A DNA stretch of 64,000 nt from Amoebidium appalachense (GCA_963693365.1 CAVNZM010000015.1:124001-188000); one strand, 5' to 3'. Shown: positions 29,544-43,280, counted from the stretch's first letter. The notes: generated by a model from the letters alone, not told the origin. Made by a program: numbers and translations.

Positions 29544-29925
29544 GGTGGAAACTAAGAACGTTTTTGCTCTGTTTCTGTAACGTATATGTACCTAATGTTA
29601 GCCTAGCAATAATACTAAAGTGTTGAACATATACAACGTTTGTTAAGTTGAGTCAACTTGAGTGATTTTGTGAACGCGTGTGTGTGATTTTATCCGAGAG
29701 CTCACGGAACCAGGCTCCTCGAATGTATACAGCGAGGAGAATAGAGAGGTTGATATGATATCGGGGGTTGGGCAAAAAAAAAAAAAATATGAAAAAGAAT
29801 TACAGTATAGTTGAAAATTGAAAAACATAAAAAAAATAAAATTATAATGTGTTCTGATCTTATGCCTTTTCTTTTCTTTCCCCTGCTTTCCTTATACTTC
29901 TTTTGCATTTTTGCTGCTCTCGCGG

Positions 29926-30201
29926 CTACTGCACATATGTGCCACTATCGAGGAAGCCTTCAACGGTTGGTCCATTTAGTTTGCTAAAGGGCCAATCATC
30001 ACCGTCTGTTATTGATAACGTTACATTCCGAAAGATAAACTGCAAGATTTCCATTGGCTTAAAATGTACCACCAAAGATTTCCCAAAACTTCCTAAGGGG
30101 GCGTTTGATTTACTAAACCGAACCATTTTTGCGAGATGAAGCCCTATAACCTCGCAAAACTTATGCCTCTTGATGCAAATGTCTAACTTCTTTTCGATAT
30201 A
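29926..30201 (-). other. Possible isolated exon or gene remnant (YIEKKLDICIKRHK...GFLDSGTYVQ*)
   Basis: Open 91-codon, non-repetitive stretch after a TTTAG acceptor. No recognisable motif and no phase-consistent partner exon found. Confidence 0.25.
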
Positions 30202-30450
30202 CTAAACAATGGAGGCTTATACGGTAAATGCTCTGCAGCAGTATGTTTTCCTTGCTCCTTAAATAAGAAATTGCGTATTCTAATTTCCAAAATATTGATA
30301 TGCTCACGGATAAATGGAAGTCGTGGGGGATGCCCTGTAACGCTGAGCGTTTTGATTGGATAAAACTGCATCACACGGAGCTTCAAAAGTCCCACCATGT
30401 TGTACAGTACAAGCCTGTTATAACACACAGTAATGGCACACACACGCGCG

Positions 30451-30575
<125 letters not shown>

Positions 30576-31043
30576 CTCTCGCACATACACACACATACAC
30601 AGAGAGAGAGAGAAAGAGAGAGAGAGTTCCAACCAACGGTGTTTATTTTTGTGTGATACATGTTTAGCGCAGGGCTTCGTTTTTTTGCAATTTAAAAACC
30701 CTAAGGACGGGTGGATTCAATCGGAATTCGTGGCAACCAGGCAGACTGCGACATCCGGGGGTTTATGGTTACATATCGTCCCTGGCACCCCTTCTTCAAA
30801 GACACAACGCTGTCGTAAAAAACCTTGAACAAGTATACACCGTCAGTGGCGATAGTGTTCTTTGTTTTCCTGTATATAGCACTCTTCCACGTCGTCGAAA
30901 CAAATCTACGAAAACCACTGCAAACATCGGGGGCGGAAAAAAATATACTGCAGTGATTCTTCTTTTTCCCAGTGATACGCTGATTTACGAACCATTTCCA
31001 TTCTTTTGTGTACTTTGAAAATGTATATACCTGAGCGGTGGAA

Positions 31044-31079
<36 letters not shown>

Positions 31080-31821
31080 GGGGGGAATGGGGGTAGTACC
31101 TGTGTTCTTTAAGTGATATTAACTTTTTAATTTCAGTGAAACCGCTCATTTACAAAAACAAAAAAAAAACAAAAAAAAAACCATTTAGTGAAAGTATCTT
31201 TATCTTGAAACAAGTTCTTCTGCCAATCACAGAAACAAACAAACAAAAACCATTTAAAAATGCAGAAAGTGTCTCCATTTTTCACGTTTGACCTTGACGG
31301 GGAGGAGTTGGGGGAAAAAAAAAAAGAAAAAAAAAAAACCATGAAGGGATACTTCTTCGCCTACGAAAGAGGGGGGAAAAAAAAGAAAAGGGAAAAAAAA
31401 AGAAAAACAAAAAAACGCAATAGTATCTGTTTCCTTCTTCTACCAAAGCTCGGTCCGGTAGTGCCGGGCCGATTCTCCTTTCCCCTTCTTTAACCTTGGA
31501 TTAATCTAATGTAGTGCAAGGTTGTCATGTCATGTAGCAGCACTCTTCTACGAAAACAACAAAATTTATAGTTTAGTGTTAGATTAATCATCTTTTTTTC
31601 CTTCTTGTAACCCAGTTCTACAGGTCTACAAATATATCTCCCCCCTTCCCCCCCCCCCCCCCCCCCTCCCCCCCTCCCTCCCCCCTTCACCCACCCCCGG
31701 CCCGCCCGCCCCCTCTCTTTCCATCTCGATCTCTCTCTATTTCTCTCTCTCCCCAGGCCCCCGTTCTCTCTCTCTCTCCCGCCCACTCTGTTACACGCTC
31801 TCCCTCCCTCCCTCCCTCCCT

Positions 31822-31859
<38 letters not shown>

Positions 31860-32089
31860 CTCTCTCTCTCTCTCAGCTCTTTATCTCCCTCTATATATAT
31901 CATATATAGTATATCATCATCAATACATATATATCCCCCTTAGGTAGCACACTTCCAGTACCGAACCCCTTTAGTACGTTTGCACATCTTGAGGTCCGAG
32001 TTAGCCCATGAACCATAAGAATAAATATGAGTTAAAACAATAAAAACGCTGTGTTTCTTCACTTATCGACCTTGTAAATTCTGTAAATT

Positions 32090-33211
32090 CTGATTGATCA
32101 AATTGGGAGGGGGAGGGGGGAGGGAGGGGAGGTGTGTGTGTGTATTGAGGAGGGATTTTAGGGGGAATGGATTTGTGGTTATTTTCGACTGGGGGAGAGG
32201 GGGAGGGTGGAGAGGGGGAGGGTGGAGGGGGGGGAGGGGGAGTGTGTGTGTGACTCCAATATGGAGGAAAAACGGTTGGGGGGACGGGTGGTGAATGATA
32301 CAGGAAGTTTTAGACCGATTTGTACACGAGGCATGATGGGAGGACGTGATGGGGGGGGGGGGGGGGGGGGGGGGAGAAAGCGGCAAGTTGTTAAGGGCGC
32401 CGGGGGAGGGGGGGGGGGTAGCCGTAATGAATTTCGGAGTGGGGACGGGTGGAAAATTTAAAACAGGTAGGAACACACTCATTTTTACATGGGGAGTGAC
32501 GAAGGGTCGTGATTAAGAGGGGGGGAAAGGGGGGGGGAAGAGGGGAGAGGGGAGGAAGGCACGAAAGCCGAAATTCAATGGCCTGGTGAGGGGGCGGGGG
32601 GGGGGGGGGGGGGGGGGGAGGATTGGGTGTTCGATCTCAAGTTGAGGATAAGGGACTGCCGCGTGGGGAATTATACAGCAGGCAGAATCAGACATATTTC
32701 AAAACGGGGGGTAGGGGGAAGGGGATTAAAGGGAGGGGGAGAGAGGGAAGGCAGGAAAGCAGTAAAATCTGAGAAGAGCCCCGGGGAGGGGAAGGAAGTT
32801 TGGGGGGGGGGGGGGGGGAGGTGACAGCGGATATTAGAAGGGGGATCGGGACCGGTGGAGATTTATACAGGAGGTAGGGACAATCTTATTAAAACACGGG
32901 GGGTGATGGGGGAACATGATTAAAGGGGGGAAGGGGGGGGGGGGGGAAGCCGTGAAAGCGGCAATAATCTGTTTAAGGTCCTGAGGGCAAGGGGGGGGGT
33001 GGGCGGGAGGGAGGGGGGACTTTATGGGGAATGGTATTTAGGGGTGGAGATGGGTGGGGAAAGTAAAATGAGGTATAGATGCACTTATTCCTACAGGTTG
33101 GGTAATGGGGGTGCGTGATTCAAAGGGGGGATGGGGGGGGGGGGGGGGGGGGGAAGGAAGCGGCAACATGTGAATTGCCCCCCCCCCTCCCCCCCCCCTC
33201 CCCCCGCGCGT

Positions 33212-33242
<31 letters not shown>

Positions 33243-34221
33243 GGAGGGGAGGGGGAGAGGGGGGGGGAGGGGGGGGGGGGGCAAGGGAATTGTGGGGAAT
33301 GATTTGCAGTAGTGGGAACGGGTTGGGGATATAACAGAAGGTAAAGACAGACTTATTCCTACAGGGGGGGTTATGGGGGGACGTGATTTAAGGGTTAGGA
33401 TGGCGGGGGGGGAGGGGGGGGGGGAAGCACGAAAGTGGCAGTCTGTGAAGGGCCCTAGGGGGGGGGGGGAGGGGGGGGGGGGGGGGGGGGGGGAGGGAGG
33501 GCAAGGAAATTATGGGGTATAGTGTGGAGAGATGGGGATGGGTTGGAAAACTAACAGGAGGTATACATGCACCTATTTCTGCACGGGGGGTAATGGGGGG
33601 ACGTGATTTAGGGGGGAGGGGGAATGGAAAGCGGCAATCTGTGGAATGCCTCGTCGGGGGAGGGTGTGTGTGTGTGTGGGGGGGGAAGAACTATGGGGAA
33701 TGATTTGGATGGGTGGGGACGGGTTAGGGATGTAATAAAAGGTATAGCAGACTTATTTCTACAGGGGGGGTAATGGGGGGACGTGGTTTAAGGGGGGAGG
33801 GGGAGGGGGAATGCACGAAAACGGAAATCTGTTAAGGGCCTCGTGGTGGGGGGGGAGGGCAAGGGAATTATGGGGAATAGTATGGAGGGGTGGGGATGGG
33901 TTGGGAGAGTAATAGGAGGTATATATGCACCTAGTTTTACATGGGGGGTAACGGGGGGACGTGATTTAGGGGGGAGGGGAGGGAGGGGGGGGGGGGGGGG
34001 GGGAGAAACGAAAGCGGCAATCTGTGAAGGGCGCCCGGGGGAGGGGGGGGGGGGGCAATCTGTGAATTGCCCCCCCCCCCCCCCGGGACTGTGGGGTGGG
34101 GGGGGAGGGGAGGGAGCTGAAGAAATTATGGGGAATGATTTTGAGGTATGGGGAGGGGTGGGGAATGTGACAAGGGGTAGAGACATACCTATATCTACAC
34201 TGGGGTTGATGGGGGGACGTG

Positions 34222-34255
<34 letters not shown>

Positions 34256-34440
34256 TGAGGGAGATTAATAAGGGAGTCTGTTTAGGGGCCGGCAGGGGGG
34301 AGGGGGGTTGGGAACTACGGGGGGGGGGGGGGGGGGGGGGGGAGGGGGGGGAGGGGGAGGGGCAGGGAGGGAGGGAGGGAGGGAGGACGGGAGGAATTAG
34401 GGGAGATAAGGGGGAATGATATGGAGGGATGGCACGGGCG
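32090..34440. repeat. Degenerate G-rich satellite, ~11 units of ~170-270 bp
   Basis: Ordered motifs recur: GGGGACGTGATTTAGGGG, AAAGCGGCAATCTGT(G/T)AAGGGCC, GGCAAGGGAATTATGGGGAAT, GGAGGTATA..CACCTATTTCTACAGGGGG. (A)CGTG(A/G)T anchors lie near 32344, 32508, 33114, 33381, 33601, 33781, 33959 and 34218. Variable G runs explain the unit-length variation. Confidence 0.85.
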
Positions 34441-34898
34441 GGGGTTAGTGTTCTTACTGACTGTCAAAACCGATTGACCCCCTTATCAGTTGATCGATTC
34501 ATGCCATATGGTTTAAAAAATTTGGTATCAGAACTTGATGATCCTGACCTTCACCTCATCGGCCTGAGCCAGCGAAAGTTGTGGGCGGGTCTATGAAGAA
34601 ATAGACCTCGACACGAAAATATAAAAAATATGCTCAAACCCGGTGTTTTGGGTGTCTTTCGAAAGTAGAAGACATCGACTACATTAGGCAAAAAGGCCTG
34701 GCCTCATGACTACTACGCAACAGCGGACGGCGGGGGGGGGGGCAGGCATCTGGGCTGCTTTTCTTTTCTTTGTTTCTTCCTTCTTTTCTCTGTCCTTTTT
34801 CTTTTTTTTTTTTCTTCCCCCCCCCAAAAAACAAAATACCGGGATTGGGGCGGGGGGGTTGACTTCACTCTTGGTTACTTCAATGATTGCCTACCCGG

Positions 34899-35000
34899 AT
34901 GTATTTATAGATTTTTATTATGTATTCATAGATTTTATTATGTATTAATAACATTTTTATAACGTATTTATAAGATTTTTATTATGAATTAAGATTCTTA
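34899..35000. repeat. AT-rich minisatellite, ~5 degenerate 20-21-bp units (ATGTATTTATAGATTTTTATT)
   Basis: Direct inspection. Confidence 0.7.
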
Positions 35001-35227
35001 TTAGAATGATTTGCCCATCGTGCACATGCCGATGTAGCCGCACATGTATGATCTCTTGCTCGTCTGCATACATGCCCCAGGCTTGTATGCCGTATACCAC
35101 CGAGAAGCCAATGCTATGTTGAGTGCTCACGCACAACTAGGCGTGAGTCACATCAGAAAGGGCAAACTTTGGGTAGAGACAGAACAAGGCTCCAAGTCTG
35201 AGTACTTTCTTTCTTTGACACTACGTA

Positions 35228-35606
35228 TCAAGTGGATGTGTCTCCCTCAGCCCTTTCCACGCTGTCACTCTCCGGGGTCGAGCAGTAGCCCTTCTCCGTC
35301 TTGGGTCGTTTGTTTCCAACTTGGCCATCCTCTGTCTTGCGTCTCTTGTTGCCACCTTGCAGGCAATGCGCCTTCAGCTGAATCCGCCTCTCACTCTTCT
35401 CCTGTTTGGTGCACAATACCGTTATTCATGATCTATGCTCAACTCCCCCCTCCCCCTCCCCCCTCCCCCTCTTATTACCCCCTCCTCCTCCCCCCCCCCC
35501 CCCCCCCCCAAGCGCCCCCCCCCCCCCCCCCCTCACCCTCATCTTTAAAGTTCCTGCGCGCGCGGGCACACGCACGTGTGTGTGTGTGTGGGGGGGGGGG
35601 GAGGGA

Positions 35607-35645
<39 letters not shown>

Positions 35646-35816
35646 GGGGGGCATCTCTAAAGTTTCTGCGTGCGGGCGCGTGGGGCCGGGGGGAGAAGAG
35701 GGGGTGAATGCTGCTGGGATCCGGTACTGGAAAAAGGGAAAGGGAAAAAAAGAGCAGCAACCAAGTATGGAAGGAATGCATCCGGGAAAGGGGGAGCAGA
35801 AAGACGGGGGAGATGG

Positions 35817-35881
<65 letters not shown>

Positions 35882-35908
35882 TGTGTGTTGAGCGAGGGGG
35901 AGTGGAGA

Positions 35909-35944
<36 letters not shown>

Positions 35945-36437
35945 GGGGGGGGGGGAGGGGGGGAGAGAAGCGAGAAAAAGAGAGGAGGCAAGGGAAAAGG
36001 TCGTATCAATGCGCGACTGTATCAATACGAAGGTGTATCAATGCGCAAATGTATCAATACGAAGGTGTATCAATGCGTGAATGTATCAATACGAAGGTGT
36101 ATCAATGCGTGAATGTATCAATACAAATGTCGCACAAGGTGTATCAGTGCGCAATTGTATCAATACAAAGGTTATCAGTGCGCGAAGGGATGCCATCGGC
36201 ACAAAAAGAGCACCAAACTCACCAGGACACGTTGGGTCAGGTCTGGCCAAGCTGTTCTCAGTAACGCCCACAGCTGGCTGGGTAACAGGCGCCTGACTGG
36301 GTCTGGCTCTAGGGCACACACCGCAAGCTCCAACACGGGGTAGATGGCTTGGTCACTCACACCCTGCCGCACCAGACTGCCCCGAAGCCAGTCGAAGGTT
36401 TTGTTGATGCGTGGCGAAGGCGCCCTGTGTGTGCGTA

Positions 36438-36481
<44 letters not shown>

Positions 36482-36510
36482 TGTGTGTTCGCGCGCGCGC
36501 GCGCGCGTGT

Positions 36511-36549
<39 letters not shown>

Positions 36550-36709
36550 GTGTGTGCTCGTGTGTGTGCTCGTGTATGTGTGTGTGTGTGTTCGTGCATG
36601 TCTTTGTGTGTGTGTGTGTTCGTGCATGTGTGTGTGTGTGCTCGTGTGTGTGCTCGTGTGAGTGAGTGTGTGTGCGCGCTCGTATGTGTGTGTGTACGTG
36701 TGTGTGTAC

Positions 36710-36805
<96 letters not shown>

Positions 36806-37182
36806 ACGCGGGCGTGTGCGCCCGCGTTTTTTTTTTTTTTTTTGGGGGGGGGGGGGGGGGAATGGAAGAGGGGAAGGAGGGGAATGCGGGGAAGTAGGTG
36901 TGGTTTTCCAGGTGTGGGTGGTAATGGTGGTGTCAGGAGAGAGTGGCGGAACATATGCCTGAGTGCGATGAACACTATTCTTGATGGACGATACGATGTA
37001 ATTATTGGGGGGGGGGGGGGGAGGGGGAAGCACATACAAATAGTGTGCATCATAGGCGAAACATGCGTGTGCTTGTGTTTGTGGGGAGGGGGGAGAAGAA
37101 GGTGTTTCAGAGTATGGAGTACACATTCACGACAGACAACACCACGCACTGCCAGATAGGAAAGAGTGGAGGGGACTCGGGA

Positions 37183-37220
<38 letters not shown>

Positions 37221-37463
37221 TACTGTGGGCTTGTGCGTTTATGTGCAATTGTGTGTGCACGCAAACACTGCGACTTTATCAATAAAAAAGAAAAATTCAA
37301 TTCACTTGAATAAACTTTAAACGCTGAACCAACAAATGGGGGTGTGGTAGACTAAGTGGTGGTTGGGGAAAAGGACAGTGGGGGGGGGGGTTGAATGGAC
37401 GAGACATCACAAGACATCAGCAGAAACCCATACAAATAACCGCTCTGCGGACAGATGCACTAA

Positions 37464-37511
<48 letters not shown>

Positions 37512-39326
37512 AGGGAGAGCAGCGGGTGGGGGGTGTGTGTGTGGGAAGGGTGGTGGTGGTGGTGGGGGGGGGGGAGGGGGGGGGGAGGAGGGGCGGGGAG
37601 GGGGTTTGGACTTAACTGTTTGCAAAAGTCTGTTAGACCCTGCCCCGGGGCATCGTGTGTGTTTGTGGTGAAATGGGAAGCAAACAGCAGGAGAGCATCG
37701 ACACCTAGAGACCAACTGGCCTGCCCAAGGAGGTTGGGGTAGACGTTGAGCCCATAGACTTTCTCGGGGGGCTGGCTAAGTCCTTTGACGCGCATTAGTT
37801 CGCGGTAGAGGTCAGGCGAGCGCCAGTTGGGTGTAGCGAGGGGTGTGTAGAGTCTGAATGCACCTTAATTTTGTTTTCTCTCTCTAGGCGCTGGCGAGCT
37901 GGTATCGTTTAAACGGTCGGCCGGCGGTTGTTGTTCCTCTGCGCGAGAATCATGTGCTGGTGAGTTCAATGGCGGGTCTACGGGGGGGGTTGTGTGAGGG
38001 CGTCTGCTGTGCGACAAAGGGACGAGAGGGACTGTGCGATAGTGCGTATCTGGGTGAAGGGGGCCACGGCCATGTGGGACTGAGTAGTGGAACTGCAGCA
38101 CCAGCAGCTGTGATCGCCATCATGGCATCTGCAGATGATGCTTCTCTGTTCCTTGCTGGTGGCGGTGGTGGAAAGGTGGCTGTGAAGACATTTCCTCCCG
38201 GGAATGAGCGGGCAGCTGCGATCTCTTGGAGAACCTCTTCCAGTCCTTTGCCCAAAATCACTGATGCAGTTTCCGGCTTTGGAAATCGGTTTGGGGTGGC
38301 AAAGCGGATGGGATTCTCAGAGCGAAATATGTCCTCGACCTGGTTCTATGTCTTGGCGCCGGGTGCTTGATGGATCCTTGCCAAGGAGGTTCCTATGGGA
38401 AGAACGGCCTCCAAGTCAATCTCTGTCAGCTCCTTGCTAGCAGGGTTGAACATGATGTTGCCGATCTGTAGCAGAATGTGAGGTTTAGCCCAAGCGTTCC
38501 ATAATATTAGTTGGTTGTACCAGATCATGGGGCCTTTTTAAACCCACAACGAAAAGCAAAAAAAGAAGGAAAGAAGGGAATGCGCAACCGGTGTGATATA
38601 AAGACCAAAAAAGTAACAGACTAAAATTGAGCATCAAATTGCTTCACTAAATGCTAATTGCAGGAAGAAAGGGCTTGCTAAACCTGTTGCTGGCGCCACG
38701 CACACACACAAGCTCCCCCCCCCCCCCCCCCCCCCCTCCCCCCCCCCCCCCCCTCCCAGCCACTTACTCAAACACACCCACACACCCACACACCCACCCA
38801 CACACATACACACCAACCCCACCGTTTTTTAATACCACAGGTTACCTGCACCCAAGTTGACATTTACACCTATTCGAGCATCCCGGAAACGGCCAAGACA
38901 GAAAAGACTGTGTGGTGCAAGAAGCAAACTATTCAGGAGAGGGGCTTGAGTTCTGTAATAATGAGAAGAAGGCTTTTGCCAGAAAGGTAGAAAAAGCCAT
39001 ATTAAAAGGGGCCCCCCGGGGGGGGGGGGGGGGGGGGGGGGAGGAGGGGGGGGGGGGGGGGGGGGGGGTGGGGGGTTACAGACTAAAGGAAAAGGGAAAG
39101 CTTTGCCGAGGCTAAGTGTAAGGAAAGCAAACACTGAACACGCACCTATTATGCATGCAATGGTCAACTCAAGTGCACTTTAAACCAAGTACACATACAT
39201 ACCAGCCAAAGTAGCAAAGAAAGGAACAAAAACTTTGTGCTTTTTACTCACAGGGGAGCAAGTGGATGCAACCCATCCCCTCACGCCACCACAAAAGGGG
39301 AAAAACAAACAAACAAAAAAAACACG

Positions 39327-39383
<57 letters not shown>

Positions 39384-40148
39384 GCACACCTGCAGATGCA
39401 CCACACATACACAACACAACACAACACACACACACACACACACACACACTCTCTCTCTCTCTCTCTCTCTCACAGAAACCAGTGCCGAGCTCCAAACAAA
39501 GATGCCAAGCACAAAACAAAGATACTGTGCATTGCGTGGGCATCAAACAACACAAAAGGAAAGGCCCCTAACAAACAGCAATGTTATTTCATACCTTCCG
39601 ATCTGTGTTTACAAAGCCAGCTCGCTCGAGACATACAGCGGTGAAGAGTGTGCTTGCCAGCACCTGCTTGGCTGTGTCATAGGGAATGGGTCCATTGTCT
39701 CTCACGTGGTGGTAAAGATTTATCCCCTTGGCCTTTTTCAGTACGAGAAAAGTCTCGGTGATAGCTTGGTTGGACCCATCCTGATGCTCTAGAATAGCGT
39801 AGCCTACACACTCGCCCAGAAACCCTGTCATCCCCCCAAAACGCTTGTATGCACTGCATTCTTTCTTAACAGTTGACAGAACCTCACCTCTACGTCCCTT
39901 GAATCATTCACAAAGAAGTGATCCTTATCCCAGAATTCCTTTGATCTGACCCCATGGTATTGCTCCCCGTTATTTAGCTCAACGTTAACGACTACCCCTT
40001 CATTCTTACGCCTGCTGACAAGCTCTACACTGGCTATCTCCTCTGTGAAGTTAGCCAAGAGTCTCGCTTTGCTTGCTTCTTGCTTCAGCTTCCAAATTGA
40101 AGGTGCAGGTAAAAGCTCAGCAAACTTCCTTTTGCTTTTGCTCGGCAT
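35228..40148 (-). pseudogene. Protein-kinase-fold gene with four lesions (exons 40148-39595, 38465-37617, 36424-36223, 35401-35228)
   Basis: Subdomains occur in order: alphaC KECSAYKRF, FLVLKKAKGINL, GFVNTDRK|IGNIMF (HRDLKPEN-like), EIDLE (DFG position), [26 protein letters not shown]. Intron phases match. Lesions are a frameshift at ~39900-39870, in-frame TAG 38348-38346, a frameshift in a C8 run at ~37985, and in-frame TAA 37867-37865. Confidence 0.75.
36003..36184. repeat. Intronic minisatellite, 32-bp unit made of two 16-bp GTATCAAT half-units, ~5.5 copies
   Basis: GTGTATCAATGCGTGAATGTATCAATACGAAG repeated. Confidence 0.9.
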
Positions 40149-40412
40149 GTTGGCGATTTCTGGAGTGGGGACGGGGCCTACGGCGCTTTCGTGTTCTCGT
40201 GACGCAAAACGAGAAAATAGATTTTTCGAGCCTGACAGCTCTACAGCTGACAGGTCACAGGCACAGTTTCGCTGTCAAACATGCTACACATGCCTACCTT
40301 TAGAAAGCTTGAAACGAAGTTAATGTCCTTTTGATATAATACAGACTGTTACCTGGTCTCTGTTTCTTCCACGTGTTTCTTGTGGCTACGCTATTGTAAA
40401 GATGAAAGCGTG
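40149..40412. promoter_or_regulatory. Candidate bidirectional promoter (~260 bp) between the kinase-like and propeller-like genes
   Basis: Divergent ATGs at 40148 (-) and 40413 (+); the spacer is short and repeat-free. Confidence 0.5.
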
Positions 40413-41635
40413 ATGGGACCGCATCTTCTTTCCCCAACAACAACTTCCCCCGGCACTGCTGTCATGCATTCCCTTGCCCGCTACCCAAGGAGCAAAAAAC
40501 ATCGAGTACTTAGTGTGGACTGATCAGAATGGGCAAAGTTTTGTGGTCGCTGTTGATTTGGGCACAAACACACAGCCACAACTGCAAAACGTGGCGCAGG
40601 TTGGGCCCGACATTGAAGTGCAAGCAGGGGAAGTGGACGTGTACTCCAGCACAGCGTGTTGCTGGGTTGGGGGGCTAGAGGGCGGAGGAGACTTACTTTT
40701 GTGCCTAAACACTGAAAACGCGGGTCAGAAACTGACAGGGAACGTCATAAAGATGTCGAATGGCTCCACATCTGGGTCAGAAACTACCGACGTCTGGTCA
40801 CGGGTGCCAAGAAGCAACATTCCTGTGCAGGAGCAACTGACTACGGCCCTGAGAAACCGTGGCCTGCCTCCAGATAGTCCGCTGGATCTTCGCTTCACAA
40901 GTGTAGTGATACATCGTGTACTTGGTGCATCATCATCATCCGGAGGTTCAACTGTGGCCCTTTTCATAGGGTACGTCATCACCACACTGCAAAACACTAC
41001 AAGTGGCGTCATCACAACCCAGGCCACTTTCGTTCACCACATTGAGGGAAACGAGCTGGTCTGTGATCTTTCTCTCGTCAGCCAGCGTCCCTTTTGTGCC
41101 CCGACCCTCACACGACCACCGCCACGTCCTTAAGGTTGCCCTCCCCACACACGACACCCAGCCTTCCACCTTATACGTGCTAGCAGTTGGGCGAGGGCGT
41201 GAGTTGTATGGCCTGAGTCAGTCTGGAGCGGCTGTTTTTCTCGTAGACACGAACAAACTACAGGTGGAGGAGTGGGCAGAGAAGAATGCCTTCGAGGCAG
41301 CAGGGGTCATAGCATCGGGGGCACCCCTTCCACTTATCAATCGTGCAAGCACCTTGGCTGTAGACGGAAATGGGAACGTGTTTCTGGTGAATGAGATCCC
41401 ACTACCTCACTTGGTTGTGTTCAATACGGGAACGGCTAGGGCTGAGAGCTATTTTGAGAGGGGCAGTGTTAGGGAGAGCGAAGATGAGGAGCCTATTCTT
41501 GTGAATTTCCAGCCTTGCACCTTATCGCAGTCTGTTTTTGGTGGTGTGTTTGTGGCAGGTACAGCTAGGCTTCCCGGGGACCACCAGGCACAGGGGGGCG
41601 AGGAAGGGACAGTGCTGATGTATTTCAAGTTTTGA
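40413..41635 (+). CDS. Beta-propeller-like protein (~380 aa), possibly a pseudogene; needs one frame correction at the A6 run 40494-40499 and a 76-nt intron 41059-41134
   Basis: Two long overlapping ORFs with blade-like strands (EYLVWTDQNGQSFVVAVDL, LYVLAVGRGRELYGLSQSGAAVFLVDT, STLAVDGNGNVFLVNE...LVVFN). A GTCTGT...CCTTAAG intron joins them in frame. ATG 40413 joins if one A is removed. Confidence 0.6.
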
Positions 41636-41905
41636 GTGAGTCGGCATGTCAGTTTACCGTTGTACTGCATATATGTCTGCGAATTGAATCTAGGTGTAGT
41701 ATCTCAACTCCTTTTTGCACACGTACCTGTAGTAGTTTTCCCTGTGACTGTTACAGCGCAATTTGTTTTAAACACAACACAAGTGCATTGTATGTACCAT
41801 GGTCGAGTGTTCATCTAGTTATACTCTTTCACTGACGGATTGAACGCGCCATAGTGACCACGGTGTCCGGAGCCTCTGAGTTATCCTCGATGAAACAGAC
41901 ACTGA

Positions 41906-41961
<56 letters not shown>

Positions 41962-41992
41962 CTCAGTGTATGTGTGTGTGTGTGTGTCACAC

Positions 41993-42058
<66 letters not shown>

Positions 42059-42449
42059 CGTGCGTGCGTATGTGTGTGTGTGTGTGTGTGTGTGCCCTTA
42101 TAATATACCGACGAGATGTCTCGGGTATATGTTATATGTTACGAGATTTCTCGACGGTGTAACAAGACGGTCAGATACTATGCTTAGAGGACTTTTGAAC
42201 AGCGAGGGTTATGTGCAGTAATAGTAATGTGCAGAAGTTTTGAAATATAAGATCTCATATATGGTGCCTGCACTAAGATATTATCTACGTTGGCATTGTC
42301 ACTATGGTGGCACTGTGGTGCTATTTGCTTATCCGTGTGTGCACAGCATAATAATCTTCGAAGATGTGAAAAACCTATGGCATAGGGTGCTCTGTCTATT
42401 GTAATGTATGTTTTCTCTGTAGCCTATGTTTTGAAAATTTGGGAGGGAG

Positions 42450-42512
42450 TGACACGTCACGTGAGCCACTGAGCATGGCTCAGGAGATCGGCCAATCAGA
42501 ATGCGCGTAAAC
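42450..42512. promoter_or_regulatory. Candidate promoter of the Munc13-4-like gene (E-box GTCACGTG and CCAAT box)
   Basis: GTCACGTGAG at ~42456 and GGCCAATCAG at ~42490, about 0.8 kb upstream of ATG 43281. Confidence 0.4.
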
Positions 42513-42563
42513 AAGCAATCTACATTCCTAAAGGTTAAATTCGGTTAAAATCTGAGTTCATCG

Positions 42564-42567
<4 letters not shown>

Positions 42568-42603
<36 letters not shown>

Positions 42604-42800
42604 GGGGAACCCCAACTAATTGATTTCTCCTTGTAGTCTTTATGGTGTCTCGTAGAGAAAGTAAACCCTGATATATAGTCACCACCCGACATCTATGTAC
42701 GTGATCATGATATACCGCTGAGGGGATATTCCGAGCAAAACCCCCCCCCCCCATACCTGAGACTGGTTCTCTTTGCCTCGAGTAAACAGCGTAAACCCCC
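42568..42800 (+). mobile_element. Family A short interspersed element with 10-bp TSD
   Basis: TCATCGATAA at 42558-42567 and 42801-42810. A ~35-nt A tract is followed by CGGGGAACCCC...GTAAACCCCC. No terminal inverted repeats and no credible ORF. Confidence 0.88.
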
Positions 42801-43120
42801 TCATCGATAACGATCGCTAAAGTTGCCATTTTCTCTCACTAAACTGTAGGTGTATGTAAGTAGCTGTATGGTACACAGTGGTGCATGACTTCTATCAACT
42901 AATGCTTACTTCACACATGCTACTATTGGTTCGCTCTCTGACGCAGCTAGGTATAAATCTCGGCGCTTAGCCTGTAAGCTACCGTTGAGCTGTACGCCTA
43001 TCACTGATCCCCCACCAACCGTTGTGACTGCTCCCCCACCAACCGTTGTGACGATCCACCCACCAACACACCAGCACCCACAGGACCCGTGACGTCTTTA
43101 CATCCCACTTGTGCACTACC

Positions 43121-43162
<42 letters not shown>

Positions 43163-43280
43163 CCCCCTCCCCCCCCCCCTCCCCCCTCCCCCTCCCTCCC
43201 CGGGGGAACCTCTTACAGACAAACACGATCGTTTAAACACACACACACACACACACTGCCCCGAATGCCCCCTCCTCAAC

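Noticed and set aside
30075-30200. Plus-strand LPKGAFDLLNR resembling kinase subdomain XI
   Set aside because: It is followed by a stop and lacks the DPxxR motif and any upstream kinase motifs.
40402-40413. ATG AAA GCG TGA in frame with the propeller ORF, suggesting UGA readthrough or selenocysteine
   Set aside because: ATG 40413 plus a one-base correction in the A6 run gives a more blade-like N-terminus. No SECIS was identified and TGA ends other genes here.
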